Shown: one piece after another, positions 1-9,867 of the stretch
Position numbering within the stretch: the stretch's first letter is position 1
Layout of the letters: each line of letters begins with the position of its first letter
Assembly (NCBI GenBank): GCA_002746685.1
Contig: PDQK01000027.1
Location: forward strand, 25,204 to 89,203
Direction: 5' to 3'
From: Desulfobulbus propionicus
GTDB taxonomy: Bacteria; Desulfobacterota; Desulfobulbia; Desulfobulbales; Desulfobulbaceae
DNA length: 64,000 nt
The notes under the pieces: model-generated
Told to the model about the DNA's origin: nothing
Databases searched by the model: none
The model's input: only the letters and a program-made list of their open reading frames with translations
Translations under genes and position numbers: made by a program

Positions 1-162
1 GTTGTTCACTGACATTTTATACTTTTAATAAGCTACGCTAGTTGTACATTTCATATGTATGCCATCTATCATATCAATTCAAATTCGATGAAATCAAGTT
101 TTCGGGAATAAATAATTTGTCAACGTTTTTTTTATTTCATTCTAGAGAACCGAAAAGCTCAG

Positions 163-176
163 GTCAAAAAAATGTC
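163..176. promoter_or_regulatory. Putative FleQ/FlrA-type enhancer box (GTCA-N6-TGTC)
   Basis: GTCAAAAAAATGTC, one mismatch from GTCA-N6-TGAC, about 105 bp upstream of a sigma54 -24 box; same geometry upstream of motA. Confidence 0.4.
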
Positions 177-275
177 ACACCCAACCAGCCAGATACCCAA
201 AGCTTGACCTGCAACCACTCCATCAAGATAAAAATAAAAATGCGCCTTACGCAATTACACCTCACCTCAGGCAAA

Positions 276-291
276 TGGAACAATTCTTGCT
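276..291 (+). promoter_or_regulatory. Sigma54 (-24/-12) promoter of the TPR-flgB...flgE operon
   Basis: TGGAACAATTCTTGCT = GG-N10-GC with TTGC, 38 bp before the first ATG. Confidence 0.7.
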
Positions 292-329
292 TAAAGAATA
301 AAAAGCATACTCCACCATACGAATAACCA

Positions 330-2774
330 ATGACAATGCCCTGTACCTCATTCATCTTTGCCTGTGCAACACTGCTTGCTTTTTTTGCTCAAGGATACCA
401 GTCTGCCCTGGCAGCAACGTTGCTCACCACGATGAACAGAACGGACGAAACCACCAGCCTCCAGCTCTACTTTCGTTTCTCTGCATTCCCGGAATATGAA
501 ATAACCCAAAATAAACGCCGTGTTGACCTGCTGATTAAAAATACCCTGCCAACAGACACACTTGTACTCCCATCCAGTGATGAGCGAATCATAAGAAGCT
601 TGAGTAAAAAACAGGATGGCAATACTCTGTTATCCTTCTTTTTCCGTTATCCGCCACAGAAAATAACTCAGCGCAGCCGCCAAAAACCAGCTACTCTGAT
701 GCTCGACTTTCTGCTCGGAAACCAGTTCACCACCATGTACCCTGACCTTTCCAATAAACTTGAAGGGTTAACCCTGCTGGACCGAGATACCATTGATTAC
801 ACAAACCCAGTCTATGTTTCTCCTTATGCTGAGAAATGGATATCCTTTTTTACTCAATATGAAACACCGGTGATCATTGATCCGCCAATCACCTACACCT
901 TACCCCCCTTCCCTCTGGCAAAACACCTCAATACAGAACTGGAACAAAGCACATGGCTCAATGAGGTTACACTCAAGGATGGGGAAGCAGGCAACTGGTC
1001 TGCGGTTGCTTTCCAGCTTAAAAAACACATTGAGTCAGAAACCAACGAAGAAATAAAGGATTTACAACTGTTCACTTATGGGGAAGCACTGGTTAGAGGT
1101 GATGAGTATCGTGAAGCATACCCGCTTCTACAACACATTATAGCCCGCTATGAGAATACCCAAACAGCGGCCCTGGCACAGTTTCTCTTTACCTTTTTAC
1201 GCTCCAAGCATGAGCCGGACTTTCTCACCTCCAAGGAACTTGCCAAGGCAGTCGACCAGATCGACAAAAGTCTGCGAATCCATGACTATCTCACCATCCT
1301 GCTTGCTGAAACACTTATCAAAGAGGGCAAATACGAAAAAGCACTGGAACAGCTCCAAAGAGATGACATTGGATTCAATCAATACCCTAACATGCTGCGC
1401 CAAATGCGGCTGGCAGATATCTTTTGTCTGCAAAATAAGCAAATCAAGGCACTGGTAACCTATCTGAACATTGAGGGATTAGAGCCAGTAATACAAGCGT
1501 ATCCAGAGTCATTGGCAAAATTCAGTAACCTTGTCTATGTGTACAAGCGTTACGCCCATGCTGGAAAACTCTACCAACTCCTGACCAACCAGCTCAATGG
1601 CAAGCGCTGGTACACGCTTTCTTTGTTTAGAACTGCAATGAGCGAGCTCCATAATGAGGCACCTGAGCAGCAGGTGGAGCAAAAGCTCTATCAAATTCAG
1701 GAGGCGTTCTCAAATACCGAGGGAGCATACCGAGCCATGCTTAAGCAGGCCGACCTGAAGTATCTTTCAGGTGTTTTTACACCCGCAGAAGCCCTTAAAG
1801 CGTACGAGAATATGGCCCTCAATGCCAATACCACGGATTTGCGTGAAGAGGCAATGCTCAAACAAGCCCTGGTGCACCATCTCAACGGTGATCAGGAGGC
1901 AGCGGTTCGACAGGCCATGCAGCTCTTACGAGAGTTCCAATCAGGCAAGCTGCGCACAGAAGCCAAGGCAATTATTATCCAGCAGCTTCCTGAGGTAACC
2001 AAACAGCTGGTTAAAGAGAGGAACTATTTGGATGCATTGATCCTTGCCCAGCAAAACCGTTCTCTGTTTACCCGCGGCTGGATATCCTCTACCATGTTGT
2101 ACGATTTGGCCACAGCCTACAGTGACCTGGGTTTTTTTGACCGCTCAGCAAGGACGTACCAGTACCTGTTTGCAACCTCTTCCGATCAGGAACAGGAACA
2201 GATCTATCTCCCACTGATTAAGTCACTTTTTCAGGATGGTCAGTACGCAGCCCTGGAAGATTATGCTGACCGTTTCAGCTTCCGCTATCCATACAGTCAA
2301 TATGGTCCGAAAATATTTTACTACCGCCTTAAATCACTTGTCCATAACAGACAACTGGAGCAAGCTGCAGCGTTGCTTGAAAACACCAAACGGCCAGTAT
2401 CAGCAGACATAGAACGGTTGGCAATGGGTATCTATTATGAATTAGAACAGTGGCAGGAGATTGTAAAACGGGCAGAGCTTGAGGCCTCCATTGCAAACGA
2501 CCCTGATACACAGAAGATGATGATTTTTGCTGAAGCCTATTTCCGGACTGGAACTTTTGAAAAGGCACAACCTCTTTATCAGGCCATTACCAAACATGAA
2601 AAAAAGGCGGACCAGGCCCTTTTCCGGCTGGCCCAGATCGCTTTCAAAAAAAACAATATAGAGCAGGCACTTAACAGGTTTGAAGAAATAGCCGAAAAAG
2701 GAGAAGACCCTTTGTGGAAAAAGCTTGCCCAAGAGGAAATAGCCATTATCAAACTGCAGCAAGGCTTACAATAA
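330..2774 (+). CDS. Exported TPR-repeat protein, first gene of the flagellar operon
   Basis: N-terminal signal-peptide-like segment, many TPR-like helical pairs (e.g. FAEAYFRTGTFEKAQPLYQAI, ALFRLAQIAFKKNNIEQA); 10 bp before flgB. Confidence 0.75.
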   Translation: MTMPCTSFIFACATLLAFFAQGYQSALAATLLTTMNRTDETTSLQLYFRFSAFPEYEITQNKRRVDLLIKNTLPTDTLVLPSSDERIIRSLSKKQDGNTLLSFFFRYPPQKITQRSRQKPATLMLDFLLGNQFTTMYPDLSNKLEGLTLLDRDTIDYTNPVYVSPYAEKWISFFTQYETPVIIDPPITYTLPPFPLAKHLNTELEQSTWLNEVTLKDGEAGNWSAVAFQLKKHIESETNEEIKDLQLFTYGEALVRGDEYREAYPLLQHIIARYENTQTAALAQFLFTFLRSKHEPDFLTSKELAKAVDQIDKSLRIHDYLTILLAETLIKEGKYEKALEQLQRDDIGFNQYPNMLRQMRLADIFCLQNKQIKALVTYLNIEGLEPVIQAYPESLAKFSNLVYVYKRYAHAGKLYQLLTNQLNGKRWYTLSLFRTAMSELHNEAPEQQVEQKLYQIQEAFSNTEGAYRAMLKQADLKYLSGVFTPAEALKAYENMALNANTTDLREEAMLKQALVHHLNGDQEAAVRQAMQLLREFQSGKLRTEAKAIIIQQLPEVTKQLVKERNYLDALILAQQNRSLFTRGWISSTMLYDLATAYSDLGFFDRSARTYQYLFATSSDQEQEQIYLPLIKSLFQDGQYAALEDYADRFSFRYPYSQYGPKIFYYRLKSLVHNRQLEQAAALLENTKRPVSADIERLAMGIYYELEQWQEIVKRAELEASIANDPDTQKMMIFAEAYFRTGTFEKAQPLYQAITKHEKKADQALFRLAQIAFKKNNIEQALNRFEEIAEKGEDPLWKKLAQEEIAIIKLQQGLQ

Positions 2775-2784
2775 GGAGACCATC

Positions 2785-3198
2785 ATGCCCCCTGTTTACC
2801 AACTCGACCAAACTGCACGAATGCTCCAAAAAGTGCTTGATCTTCGGGCACAAAACCAGCAGGTTATCGGCTCCAACCTGGCCAATGCTGAGACCCCTGG
2901 ATATGCGGCAAAAACCCTGGAATTTGAGGATGAACTGAGAAGTGCCATGTCCTGTCAACCCATGACACAGGCAACGACCCACCCCAATCATATTCCTCTT
3001 CAGCCGTCAACACTCTCACAGGTGCAGGGAACGATTTCTGAAACCAAAGATAACACAGGCATTGGTGATGAAAACTCTGTCAGCGTTGACCAGGAGATGG
3101 TCAAGCTCTCAGAAAACCAGATTTTGTACGAAACAGCTGTGACCATGCTGAATAAAAAGCTTTCCCTGCTCAAATACACCATCTCAGGTGGTCAGTAA
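2785..3198 (+). CDS. flgB: Flagellar basal-body rod protein FlgB
   Basis: IGSNLANAETPGY, DENSVSVDQEM motifs. Confidence 0.95.
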   Translation: MPPVYQLDQTARMLQKVLDLRAQNQQVIGSNLANAETPGYAAKTLEFEDELRSAMSCQPMTQATTHPNHIPLQPSTLSQVQGTISETKDNTGIGDENSVSVDQEMVKLSENQILYETAVTMLNKKLSLLKYTISGGQ

Positions 3199-3238
3199 AT
3201 TGCATGTATTTTTGTATTGAAGATTTAGGGAGAATTTT

Positions 3239-3670
3239 ATGAATATATTTACGACGTTTGACATAGCAGCTTCAGGGCTGAAAGCTCAGCGCACCAGGCT
3301 CAACACCATCAGCTCCAACCTGGCCAACGCAGAGACCACCAAAACTCCTGAAGGAGGCCCATACAAGAAAAAATCCGTGGTTTTCCAGTCCGAGCCGGTG
3401 TCGTTTAAAAACCAACTTAAGAACTCCATGAGCAGTTACGCCCAAGGGGTTAAGGTAGCTAAAATTATAGAAGATAACCAACCACCGCAGCAGATTTACA
3501 ATCCATCGCACCCTGATGCCGATGAGAACGGTTATGTTGCCATGCCTAATGTAAGCGTGCTCAAAGAAACGGTGGATATGATGTCTGCCACCAGGTCTTA
3601 TGAGGCAAACACCACGGTGATCAAGTCAGCAAAACGAATGGCGCTCAAAGCTCTTGAAATTGGGAGATAA
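3239..3670 (+). CDS. flgC: Flagellar basal-body rod protein FlgC
   Basis: SNLANAETT, YNPSHPDADENGYVAMPNV, RSYEAN. Confidence 0.97.
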   Translation: MNIFTTFDIAASGLKAQRTRLNTISSNLANAETTKTPEGGPYKKKSVVFQSEPVSFKNQLKNSMSSYAQGVKVAKIIEDNQPPQQIYNPSHPDADENGYVAMPNVSVLKETVDMMSATRSYEANTTVIKSAKRMALKALEIGR

Positions 3671-3674
3671 GTAG

Positions 3675-3974
3675 ATGATAGCGATTAACAGTTTACCTCC
3701 TCTGAATCTGCACCCTGCACAGCAAGAAAGTGGCAGTGACGTCTCCCAGGTGAGTGCATCATTTAGTGAAATGCTCACCAACATGACCAAAGATGTGCAC
3801 GCTCTTGAGCAGGAGGCCAACCGGGCCATGGAGCAGCTCCATACCGGTGGGGAGAAAAACCTCCATGAAGCCATGATTTCCATGGAACAGGCAGATATTG
3901 CTCTGCGCTACATGGTACAGGTACGGAATAAGGCACTGGAAGCGTATCAGGAAATTTCCCGACTGCAGGTTTAA
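3675..3974 (+). CDS. fliE: Hook-basal body complex protein FliE
   Basis: LHEAMI...VQVRNKALEAYQEISRLQV. Confidence 0.95.
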   Translation: MIAINSLPPLNLHPAQQESGSDVSQVSASFSEMLTNMTKDVHALEQEANRAMEQLHTGGEKNLHEAMISMEQADIALRYMVQVRNKALEAYQEISRLQV

Positions 3975-4028
3975 TTTTTTTCAACTATTTGATGATCTCG
4001 TAAAGACAGAGAAGCAAGGAAGCTCTAT

Positions 4029-5639
4029 ATGGCAGAAGAAACCACAACACCAGCCGAACAACCTACAAACGGCTGGCAAATACTTGTCGCTAGTATAAAG
4101 CAGTGGCCGCTTTCCAGAAAAATTGCTCTGGCAGCCGCAGCCGTTGTTTCGATTGCGCTGTTTGCAGTCATCATAATCCAGGCAAGGACAGCTGATTATC
4201 AATTGCTCTACGGCAACCTGGCCCAGGGTGACGCTGCAGCCATGGTTGAATGGCTCAACTCACAAAATGTGCCGTATCGGTTAACCAACAACGGTCAAAA
4301 CATTCTGATCCCTTCAACCAGTGTTCATGAGACCAGGCTTGGGCTTGCCTCTGCGGGTTTGCCTCAAGGTGGCGGAGTTGGTTTTGAGATCTTTGACAAG
4401 CAATCCTTTGCACTCACCGATTTTGTGCAAAAGGTCAACTATTCCAGAGCATTGCAAGGTGAATTGGCACGTACAATCTCTACCCTGGGCCCGGTTCAGG
4501 CCGCCAGAGTGCACCTGGTACTACCGGAAAAACGGCTATTTAAAAATCAACAAAAACCAGCCACTGCATCGGTTATCTTGACCCTTGCTCCAGGAAGAAG
4601 GCTTGGTGAATCCCAGGTTGAAGGCATCACTCATCTGGTCTCCAGTGCCATCGAAGGGCTGGCCCAGGAAAACGTCACAGTTATAGATCAAAACGGGAAT
4701 GTCTTGACCCAAAACGCCGATCACAACATGATCGGCAACCTGTCACCGGACATGCTCCAGTTCCAGCTCCAGGTTGAACAACACCTGGAAGAACGGGCTC
4801 AGGCATTGCTTGATAAAGCACTGGGTGCCAAAAACGGTATGGTTCGAGTCACGGCAACACTTGATTTTGCCCATACCGAGAAAACAGAAGAACTGTTTGA
4901 TCCGGAAGAGCCGGTTATCCGCAGTGAACAGACCAGCGAGGAAAAGTCAGGTTCTGAAATCGTTGGGGGGATCCCTGGAGTACAGTCCAATCTACAGGGC
5001 AATACCGCCCAGTCTGTTGGAGTAACACCACCTTCTTCAAGATCGCAAAAGACCACAAATTACGAAATTAGCAAGGTGGTTTCCAAAACCATCAATCCGG
5101 TTGGTACTGTCCAGAAAATCTCCGTATCAGTATTGGTTGCGGACAAGGTTATTCCGGCAACCGAGGAAAAACCGCAGGAAACGGTTCCTCGCACAGAAAA
5201 TGAATTACTGACCGTGGAAAAAATGATCTCCTCAGCCTTGGGACTGGATAAAGCCAGGGGAGATAAGATTGAAGTAACCTCCATGCCTTTTATTGATCCC
5301 CCCTCCCTGGAGAGTGAGCAGGGATTGGCTGCAACAGACATGTACCAGTTCATGCCCTTTGTTCGTTATGGGGTATTGCTGGCCGGCGGGCTCCTTGCCT
5401 ATTTTTTACTTGTTCGGCCTGTGATCAAAACCCTCAAGGGAGAAGTCACCCAACATTACAAGACGGTTGAGGAAATGGAAGCCGAAGCTGCCCAGCAACA
5501 GCAGCAGACAGAGGAGAAGGAACGCGAAGCATTGATCATGAAAGATCCCGTGCTCAGAATTCGTAAAAGCGTAGACGAAAACCCAATATTCAGTGCACAC
5601 GTGATTAAAAACTGGATTGAAGAAGCAAAAAATTCGTGA
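4029..5639 (+). CDS. fliF: MS-ring protein FliF
   Basis: Two TM segments, GFEIFD, RALQGELARTI, ARVHLVLP. Confidence 0.97.
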   Translation: MAEETTTPAEQPTNGWQILVASIKQWPLSRKIALAAAAVVSIALFAVIIIQARTADYQLLYGNLAQGDAAAMVEWLNSQNVPYRLTNNGQNILIPSTSVHETRLGLASAGLPQGGGVGFEIFDKQSFALTDFVQKVNYSRALQGELARTISTLGPVQAARVHLVLPEKRLFKNQQKPATASVILTLAPGRRLGESQVEGITHLVSSAIEGLAQENVTVIDQNGNVLTQNADHNMIGNLSPDMLQFQLQVEQHLEERAQALLDKALGAKNGMVRVTATLDFAHTEKTEELFDPEEPVIRSEQTSEEKSGSEIVGGIPGVQSNLQGNTAQSVGVTPPSSRSQKTTNYEISKVVSKTINPVGTVQKISVSVLVADKVIPATEEKPQETVPRTENELLTVEKMISSALGLDKARGDKIEVTSMPFIDPPSLESEQGLAATDMYQFMPFVRYGVLLAGGLLAYFLLVRPVIKTLKGEVTQHYKTVEEMEAEAAQQQQQTEEKEREALIMKDPVLRIRKSVDENPIFSAHVIKNWIEEAKNS

Positions 5640-5701
5640 AGCAACTGACCATAAAATCAGCCCTTTCACCTTCTAACCTTCAGCTATAATAACGAGTTTT
5701 C

Positions 5702-6712
5702 ATGGCAGCAGACAAGCAACTTGATGGAGTAAAAAAGTCGGCGATTCTTCTCATGTGCCTGGGGGAAGAAACGGCGACTAAAATAATGAAGGAGCTCAGT
5801 GACGAAGAAATATTCAAAATCTCCAGATACATGGCAACGGTTGAGCATATTCCGGCAAAGATAAAACAGCGGGTATTGGAGGATTTTGAGCTGGCCATTG
5901 AAAATCAGGCTGGATTGGTGGTGAAAGGCCAGGAATTTGCGAAAAAGGCCATCAAAGGTTCCGGTGACAAAGAACGGGTTTCCACCCTGATGCGTCAGTT
6001 TGTATCTGGTACCGAGGGACGCCCCCTGGAAACCATCTCTAAAATGCAGCCGCCCATGGTGGCCGGACTGCTTGAACGGGAGCACCCGCAAACCGTTGCA
6101 CTGGTTCTCTCCACCCAAACTGCGGAGCACTCCAGCGCTATCATTGCCAACCTGCCTGAAGAGAAACGAGCTGATGTGATCTACCGCATTGCCACCCTTG
6201 ATTCGGTTTCTCCAAAGGTACTCAATCAGATTGAAGAGGCCCTGAATAAAGAAATTGGCGTGGTCTCTGAAGAGCAGGATCAACGCCAGGTTGGCGGGCT
6301 CCAGCAGGTTGTTGAGATCCTGGATAATCTGACCAACAACATTGACGCCGACATCCTGGATAACCTGGAAGAGGTTGATCCTGATATGGTGGAAGACATC
6401 AGAAAGCTGATGTTCACCTTTGAAGATCTTAATGTGCTGGATGGCCGCTCCATGCAGATGATTCTGCGTGAGGTGAACAACGATTCCCTCACCCTTGCAC
6501 TTAAAACAGCTTCCGATGACATTAAGGACAAAATTTTCAGCAATATGTCTGCCCGTGCTGCAGATATGATCAAAGATGATCTGGATGCGCTGGGTCCGGT
6601 TCGCCTCTCCGAGGTTGAAGCCATGCAGCAGACAATCGTGAAAATTGCACTGAAGCTCGAAGAGGAAGGCAAGTTGGTGCTTGGTAGAGGAGGCGGTGAT
6701 GAGCTTGTCTAA
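5702..6712 (+). CDS. fliG: Motor switch protein FliG
   Basis: KSAILL, EHPQTVALVL, MFTFEDL, GPVRLSEVE. Confidence 0.97.
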   Translation: MAADKQLDGVKKSAILLMCLGEETATKIMKELSDEEIFKISRYMATVEHIPAKIKQRVLEDFELAIENQAGLVVKGQEFAKKAIKGSGDKERVSTLMRQFVSGTEGRPLETISKMQPPMVAGLLEREHPQTVALVLSTQTAEHSSAIIANLPEEKRADVIYRIATLDSVSPKVLNQIEEALNKEIGVVSEEQDQRQVGGLQQVVEILDNLTNNIDADILDNLEEVDPDMVEDIRKLMFTFEDLNVLDGRSMQMILREVNNDSLTLALKTASDDIKDKIFSNMSARAADMIKDDLDALGPVRLSEVEAMQQTIVKIALKLEEEGKLVLGRGGGDELV

Positions 6713-7457
6713 GGTGTATAAGCAGGATGCATCTTTTACACCAACTCCCCTTGTCCAGCGGGAGATTGAGGAGGTCGATCATCAAGAACTGCAACAGGAA
6801 CCTGTGGATGTTAATGAAGCAGCAAGTCAACCTGCACATGAAAAGCAGCCTCTTCCTGAGCCTGAGGGAGCTCCTCTGCCTCAGGAATCGCAGCCGGCAG
6901 AAGAGAAGATCGATATCCAGGCACTGCAAGAGGAGGCTTATAACCAGGGGGTTGCTGATACAACTGCCCAATATCAGCGCCAACTTGAAACTGTCATTAA
7001 AACCTTTGAAACCATCTGTCAGAAAATTGACGAGACCAGAAATTCCATCCTTGAACGGTATCGTGGCGACATTATCAATACGGTAATTGAGGTCAGTCAG
7101 AAAATTATCAACCAGGAGCTTGAAACCAGCCGCGACGTTGTTGCTCAAACCATTGAACGCTCCCTTGAACAGGCCATTCCCAGCGAAGAGTTCATCGTCA
7201 CGATCCACCCCGATGATCTCAACAGTGTGGAGCATATAAAAGCCGGTCTCATGGCTCGAATTCATGGTTTAAAGAATCTCATTATCCAAACCGATCACGC
7301 CATCACCCGGGGTGGCTGTATGGTGGAATCAAAGGCCTGTTTCGTCGACGCCACCATTGAGACCCAAATAGCAAGCACCAAAGAGTATGTAGAGGAGATC
7401 ACCCCGCCCCTGGAGGATGGGGAGATTTCCGGGCCACCGGAATCACTGGAGCCATAA
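6699..7457 (+). CDS. fliH: Flagellar assembly protein FliH
   Basis: EAYNQG, IHPDD, GGCMVES..VDATIE; between fliG and fliI; start set at ATG 6699 after GGAGG. Confidence 0.9.
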   Translation: MSLSKVYKQDASFTPTPLVQREIEEVDHQELQQEPVDVNEAASQPAHEKQPLPEPEGAPLPQESQPAEEKIDIQALQEEAYNQGVADTTAQYQRQLETVIKTFETICQKIDETRNSILERYRGDIINTVIEVSQKIINQELETSRDVVAQTIERSLEQAIPSEEFIVTIHPDDLNSVEHIKAGLMARIHGLKNLIIQTDHAITRGGCMVESKACFVDATIETQIASTKEYVEEITPPLEDGEISGPPESLEP

Positions 7458-7511
7458 GGCAAGTGGTCCCTTCCACTACCTCATTTTTCGCCAACGTTAA
7501 GTGGTAATGCC

Positions 7512-8885
7512 ATGTCCCTTCCCCAACTCACCCTGCTCAAAACATTTTCACCCATACGTGTCTATGGCAAGGTACAACGTATTGTTGGTCTGGTGGTTGA
7601 GGGATTCTGCCCACATGCTTTTATCGGCTCTTTGTGTGAAATTTACCCATCCAGAAATAAAGAGCCCGTTGCAGCTGAAGTTGTTGGTTTTAACAATAAC
7701 ATGGCCCAACTTATGCCCCTTGGGGAACTGCGAGGCTTGCGCCCTGGCTGCCTTATCCGGGTAAAAAAGGAACAAGCCACCATCAAGGTGGGCAACGATC
7801 TGCTTGGCCGGGTTATTGACGGGATGGGAAACCCGGTGGATGACGGCCCTTTACTCCACCTGCCTCATGAGCAACCCCTGTATGCCCTGCCTCCCAGTCC
7901 CATGCAGCGTGACACCATCAATGAACCACTGGACCTGGGAATCCGAGCTATCAATGCCATGCTCACCTGCGGCGTAGGACAGCGCATGGGCATCATGGCA
8001 GGTTCCGGCGTTGGTAAAAGTGTACTGCTTGGCATGATGGCCAAGTATGCCAAGGCAGACGTGAATGTTATTGCACTTATTGGTGAGCGGGGCCGTGAGG
8101 TACGCGAATTTATCGAACGTGATCTTGGGGCAGAAGGCTTGCGTCGCTCAGTGATCATTGCAGTCACCTCAGATAACTCGCCCCTGCTACGGATGCGGGG
8201 GGCTTACCTTGCCACAGCCGTTGCGGAATTTTTCTGTAAGCAGGGAAAAAATGTCCTTTTGATGATGGACTCGGTGACTCGTTTTGCCATGGCCATGCGT
8301 GAAATTGGCCTCTCCATTGGAGAACCTCCAACAACCAAAGGGTATACGCCATCGGTTTTTGCCACCTTACCTAAACTCCTTGAACGGGCAGGAAAATTTA
8401 CAGACCAGGGGTCCATTACGGGCCTCTACACCGTGCTGGTGGACGGAGACGATCTGACGGAGCCTGTGGCTGACGCGGTGCGCTCCATCCTGGATGGCCA
8501 TATTGTTCTTTCCCGCAGTATTGCTGCAAAAAATCACTACCCCGCTATTGACATCATGATGTCCACCAGCAGAGTTATGCGTGACATCGTGAGCGAGCGA
8601 CATATGGAGCTGGCCGGAAAAACCAAAAACGTCATGGCTGTATACCGTGAATCAGAAGACCTGATCAATATTGGCGCATACTCTGAGGGATCCAGTCAAA
8701 AAATCGATTACGCCATCTCGCGAATTGATGCAATTAACGATTTCCTCAAGCAAGGACTCACAGAGTCTTGCGACCTTGAAACCTCCATTGCAGGTATGGG
8801 TTCGTTGGTCAGCGACAGGGTCAAAAAAGACCGCCGAAGGTCTGGCAGGTGGGGCCATGATCGAAGAAAAAGATCTGCCTCATAA
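7512..8885 (+). CDS. fliI: Flagellar export ATPase FliI
   Basis: AGSGVGKS, GERGRE, LLMMDSVTR, LDGHIVLSR; unusual Arg-rich tail. Confidence 0.97.
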   Translation: MSLPQLTLLKTFSPIRVYGKVQRIVGLVVEGFCPHAFIGSLCEIYPSRNKEPVAAEVVGFNNNMAQLMPLGELRGLRPGCLIRVKKEQATIKVGNDLLGRVIDGMGNPVDDGPLLHLPHEQPLYALPPSPMQRDTINEPLDLGIRAINAMLTCGVGQRMGIMAGSGVGKSVLLGMMAKYAKADVNVIALIGERGREVREFIERDLGAEGLRRSVIIAVTSDNSPLLRMRGAYLATAVAEFFCKQGKNVLLMMDSVTRFAMAMREIGLSIGEPPTTKGYTPSVFATLPKLLERAGKFTDQGSITGLYTVLVDGDDLTEPVADAVRSILDGHIVLSRSIAAKNHYPAIDIMMSTSRVMRDIVSERHMELAGKTKNVMAVYRESEDLINIGAYSEGSSQKIDYAISRIDAINDFLKQGLTESCDLETSIAGMGSLVSDRVKKDRRRSGRWGHDRRKRSAS

Positions 8886-8896
8886 GGTGACCGCTT

Positions 8897-9328
8897 GTGC
8901 AACCATTTAAACTTCACGCTGTTATTAAATTTCGCCAGCAACTTGAAGACAATGCCAGACAAAATCTGTTTACTGCCCAGGAAGAAGAATATGCTGCCAG
9001 GGTAGTCTTTGAGGCTCGCCAGCAAGAACTCAAAGCCCTTTATGACACTTTACAGCAAGACAAGGAACAGGGAACCACGGCTGCCCGGCTCATCATGCTG
9101 GATAACAGGATTGCCCTGGTGCAAGAACACATCAAACACGACCAGGAAGTACTGAAAAAAGCACAGACAAACGTACAAAACAAGCACAAAGCCTTGCTCA
9201 AGGCCAGCCAGGATAAAAAAATCATCGAAAAGGTAAAAGAAAAACAGGATAGCTCATACAAGGAATACTTGAGCAAGAAAGAACGCACCATGCTCGATGA
9301 ACTGGCTGTCATCTTTCACAAAAAATAA
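8897..9328 (+). CDS. fliJ: Flagellar export protein FliJ
   Basis: Coiled coil, FKL..V at N-terminus, E..MLDELA at C-terminus, follows fliI. Confidence 0.9.
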   Translation: MQPFKLHAVIKFRQQLEDNARQNLFTAQEEEYAARVVFEARQQELKALYDTLQQDKEQGTTAARLIMLDNRIALVQEHIKHDQEVLKKAQTNVQNKHKALLKASQDKKIIEKVKEKQDSSYKEYLSKKERTMLDELAVIFHKK

Positions 9329-9345
9329 TCCATCACAGTGACCCC

Positions 9346-9864
9346 ATGAAGATATATAGCCTTTTATTTTTCGTTTTCTTCCTCTCTGCAACCATCTGCC
9401 TGGCTGCAAATGATCCCACTACTTCTGCTCCCAAAAAATCCAACAACCAGGAAAAAACGTACCGCTCAGTGGAAGAGCGACGACTGCTTGTAGCCTTGCA
9501 GGAGGAACGGATTAATCTGCAAAACGAACGTGAAGACCTTGCAGATCGAAAAAAGAGCCTAAAGAGATTACAGGATGAGGTCGATAAGAAGCTTGAAGAA
9601 CTGAAACAGCAACGTATTCAACTGGAAGAATTGCTCGCTGAGAAGGATACTCAGGAGCTGAAAAGGGTTAAGGATTTGAGCAAAATGTATGAAAAAATGA
9701 CAGCAGAAAAGGCCGCCCGAGTATTTGGCACCTTAGAACAAGACCTTGCTGTCTCTATCCTGGCCAACATGAAAGCTAAATCCGCAGCAAAAATCCTCAA
9801 TAACATGGATCGTGAACAGGCCGCTGCTTTGACTACCGCTTTTTCACATTTGGAGTCACAGTAA
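9346..9864 (+). CDS. MotE/YlxF/FlbB-like periplasmic flagellar protein (coiled coil + MgtE_N-like)
   Basis: Signal peptide, coiled coil, LSKMYEKM...KAA...ILANMK.KSAAKILNNMD; fliJ-fliK position. Confidence 0.75.
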   Translation: MKIYSLLFFVFFLSATICLAANDPTTSAPKKSNNQEKTYRSVEERRLLVALQEERINLQNEREDLADRKKSLKRLQDEVDKKLEELKQQRIQLEELLAEKDTQELKRVKDLSKMYEKMTAEKAARVFGTLEQDLAVSILANMKAKSAAKILNNMDREQAAALTTAFSHLESQ

Positions 9865-9867
9865 GGT

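Noticed and set aside
42-355. ORFs 42..326 (+) and 164..355 (-)
   Set aside because: AT-rich promoter region containing the sigma54 box; no recognisable protein features
5684-7265. Long antisense ORFs (199 and 231 aa) opposite fliG/fliH, and similar shadows elsewhere (e.g. 37421..37984, 49987..50610, 53614..54216)
   Set aside because: Antisense shadows of well-conserved genes with no motifs
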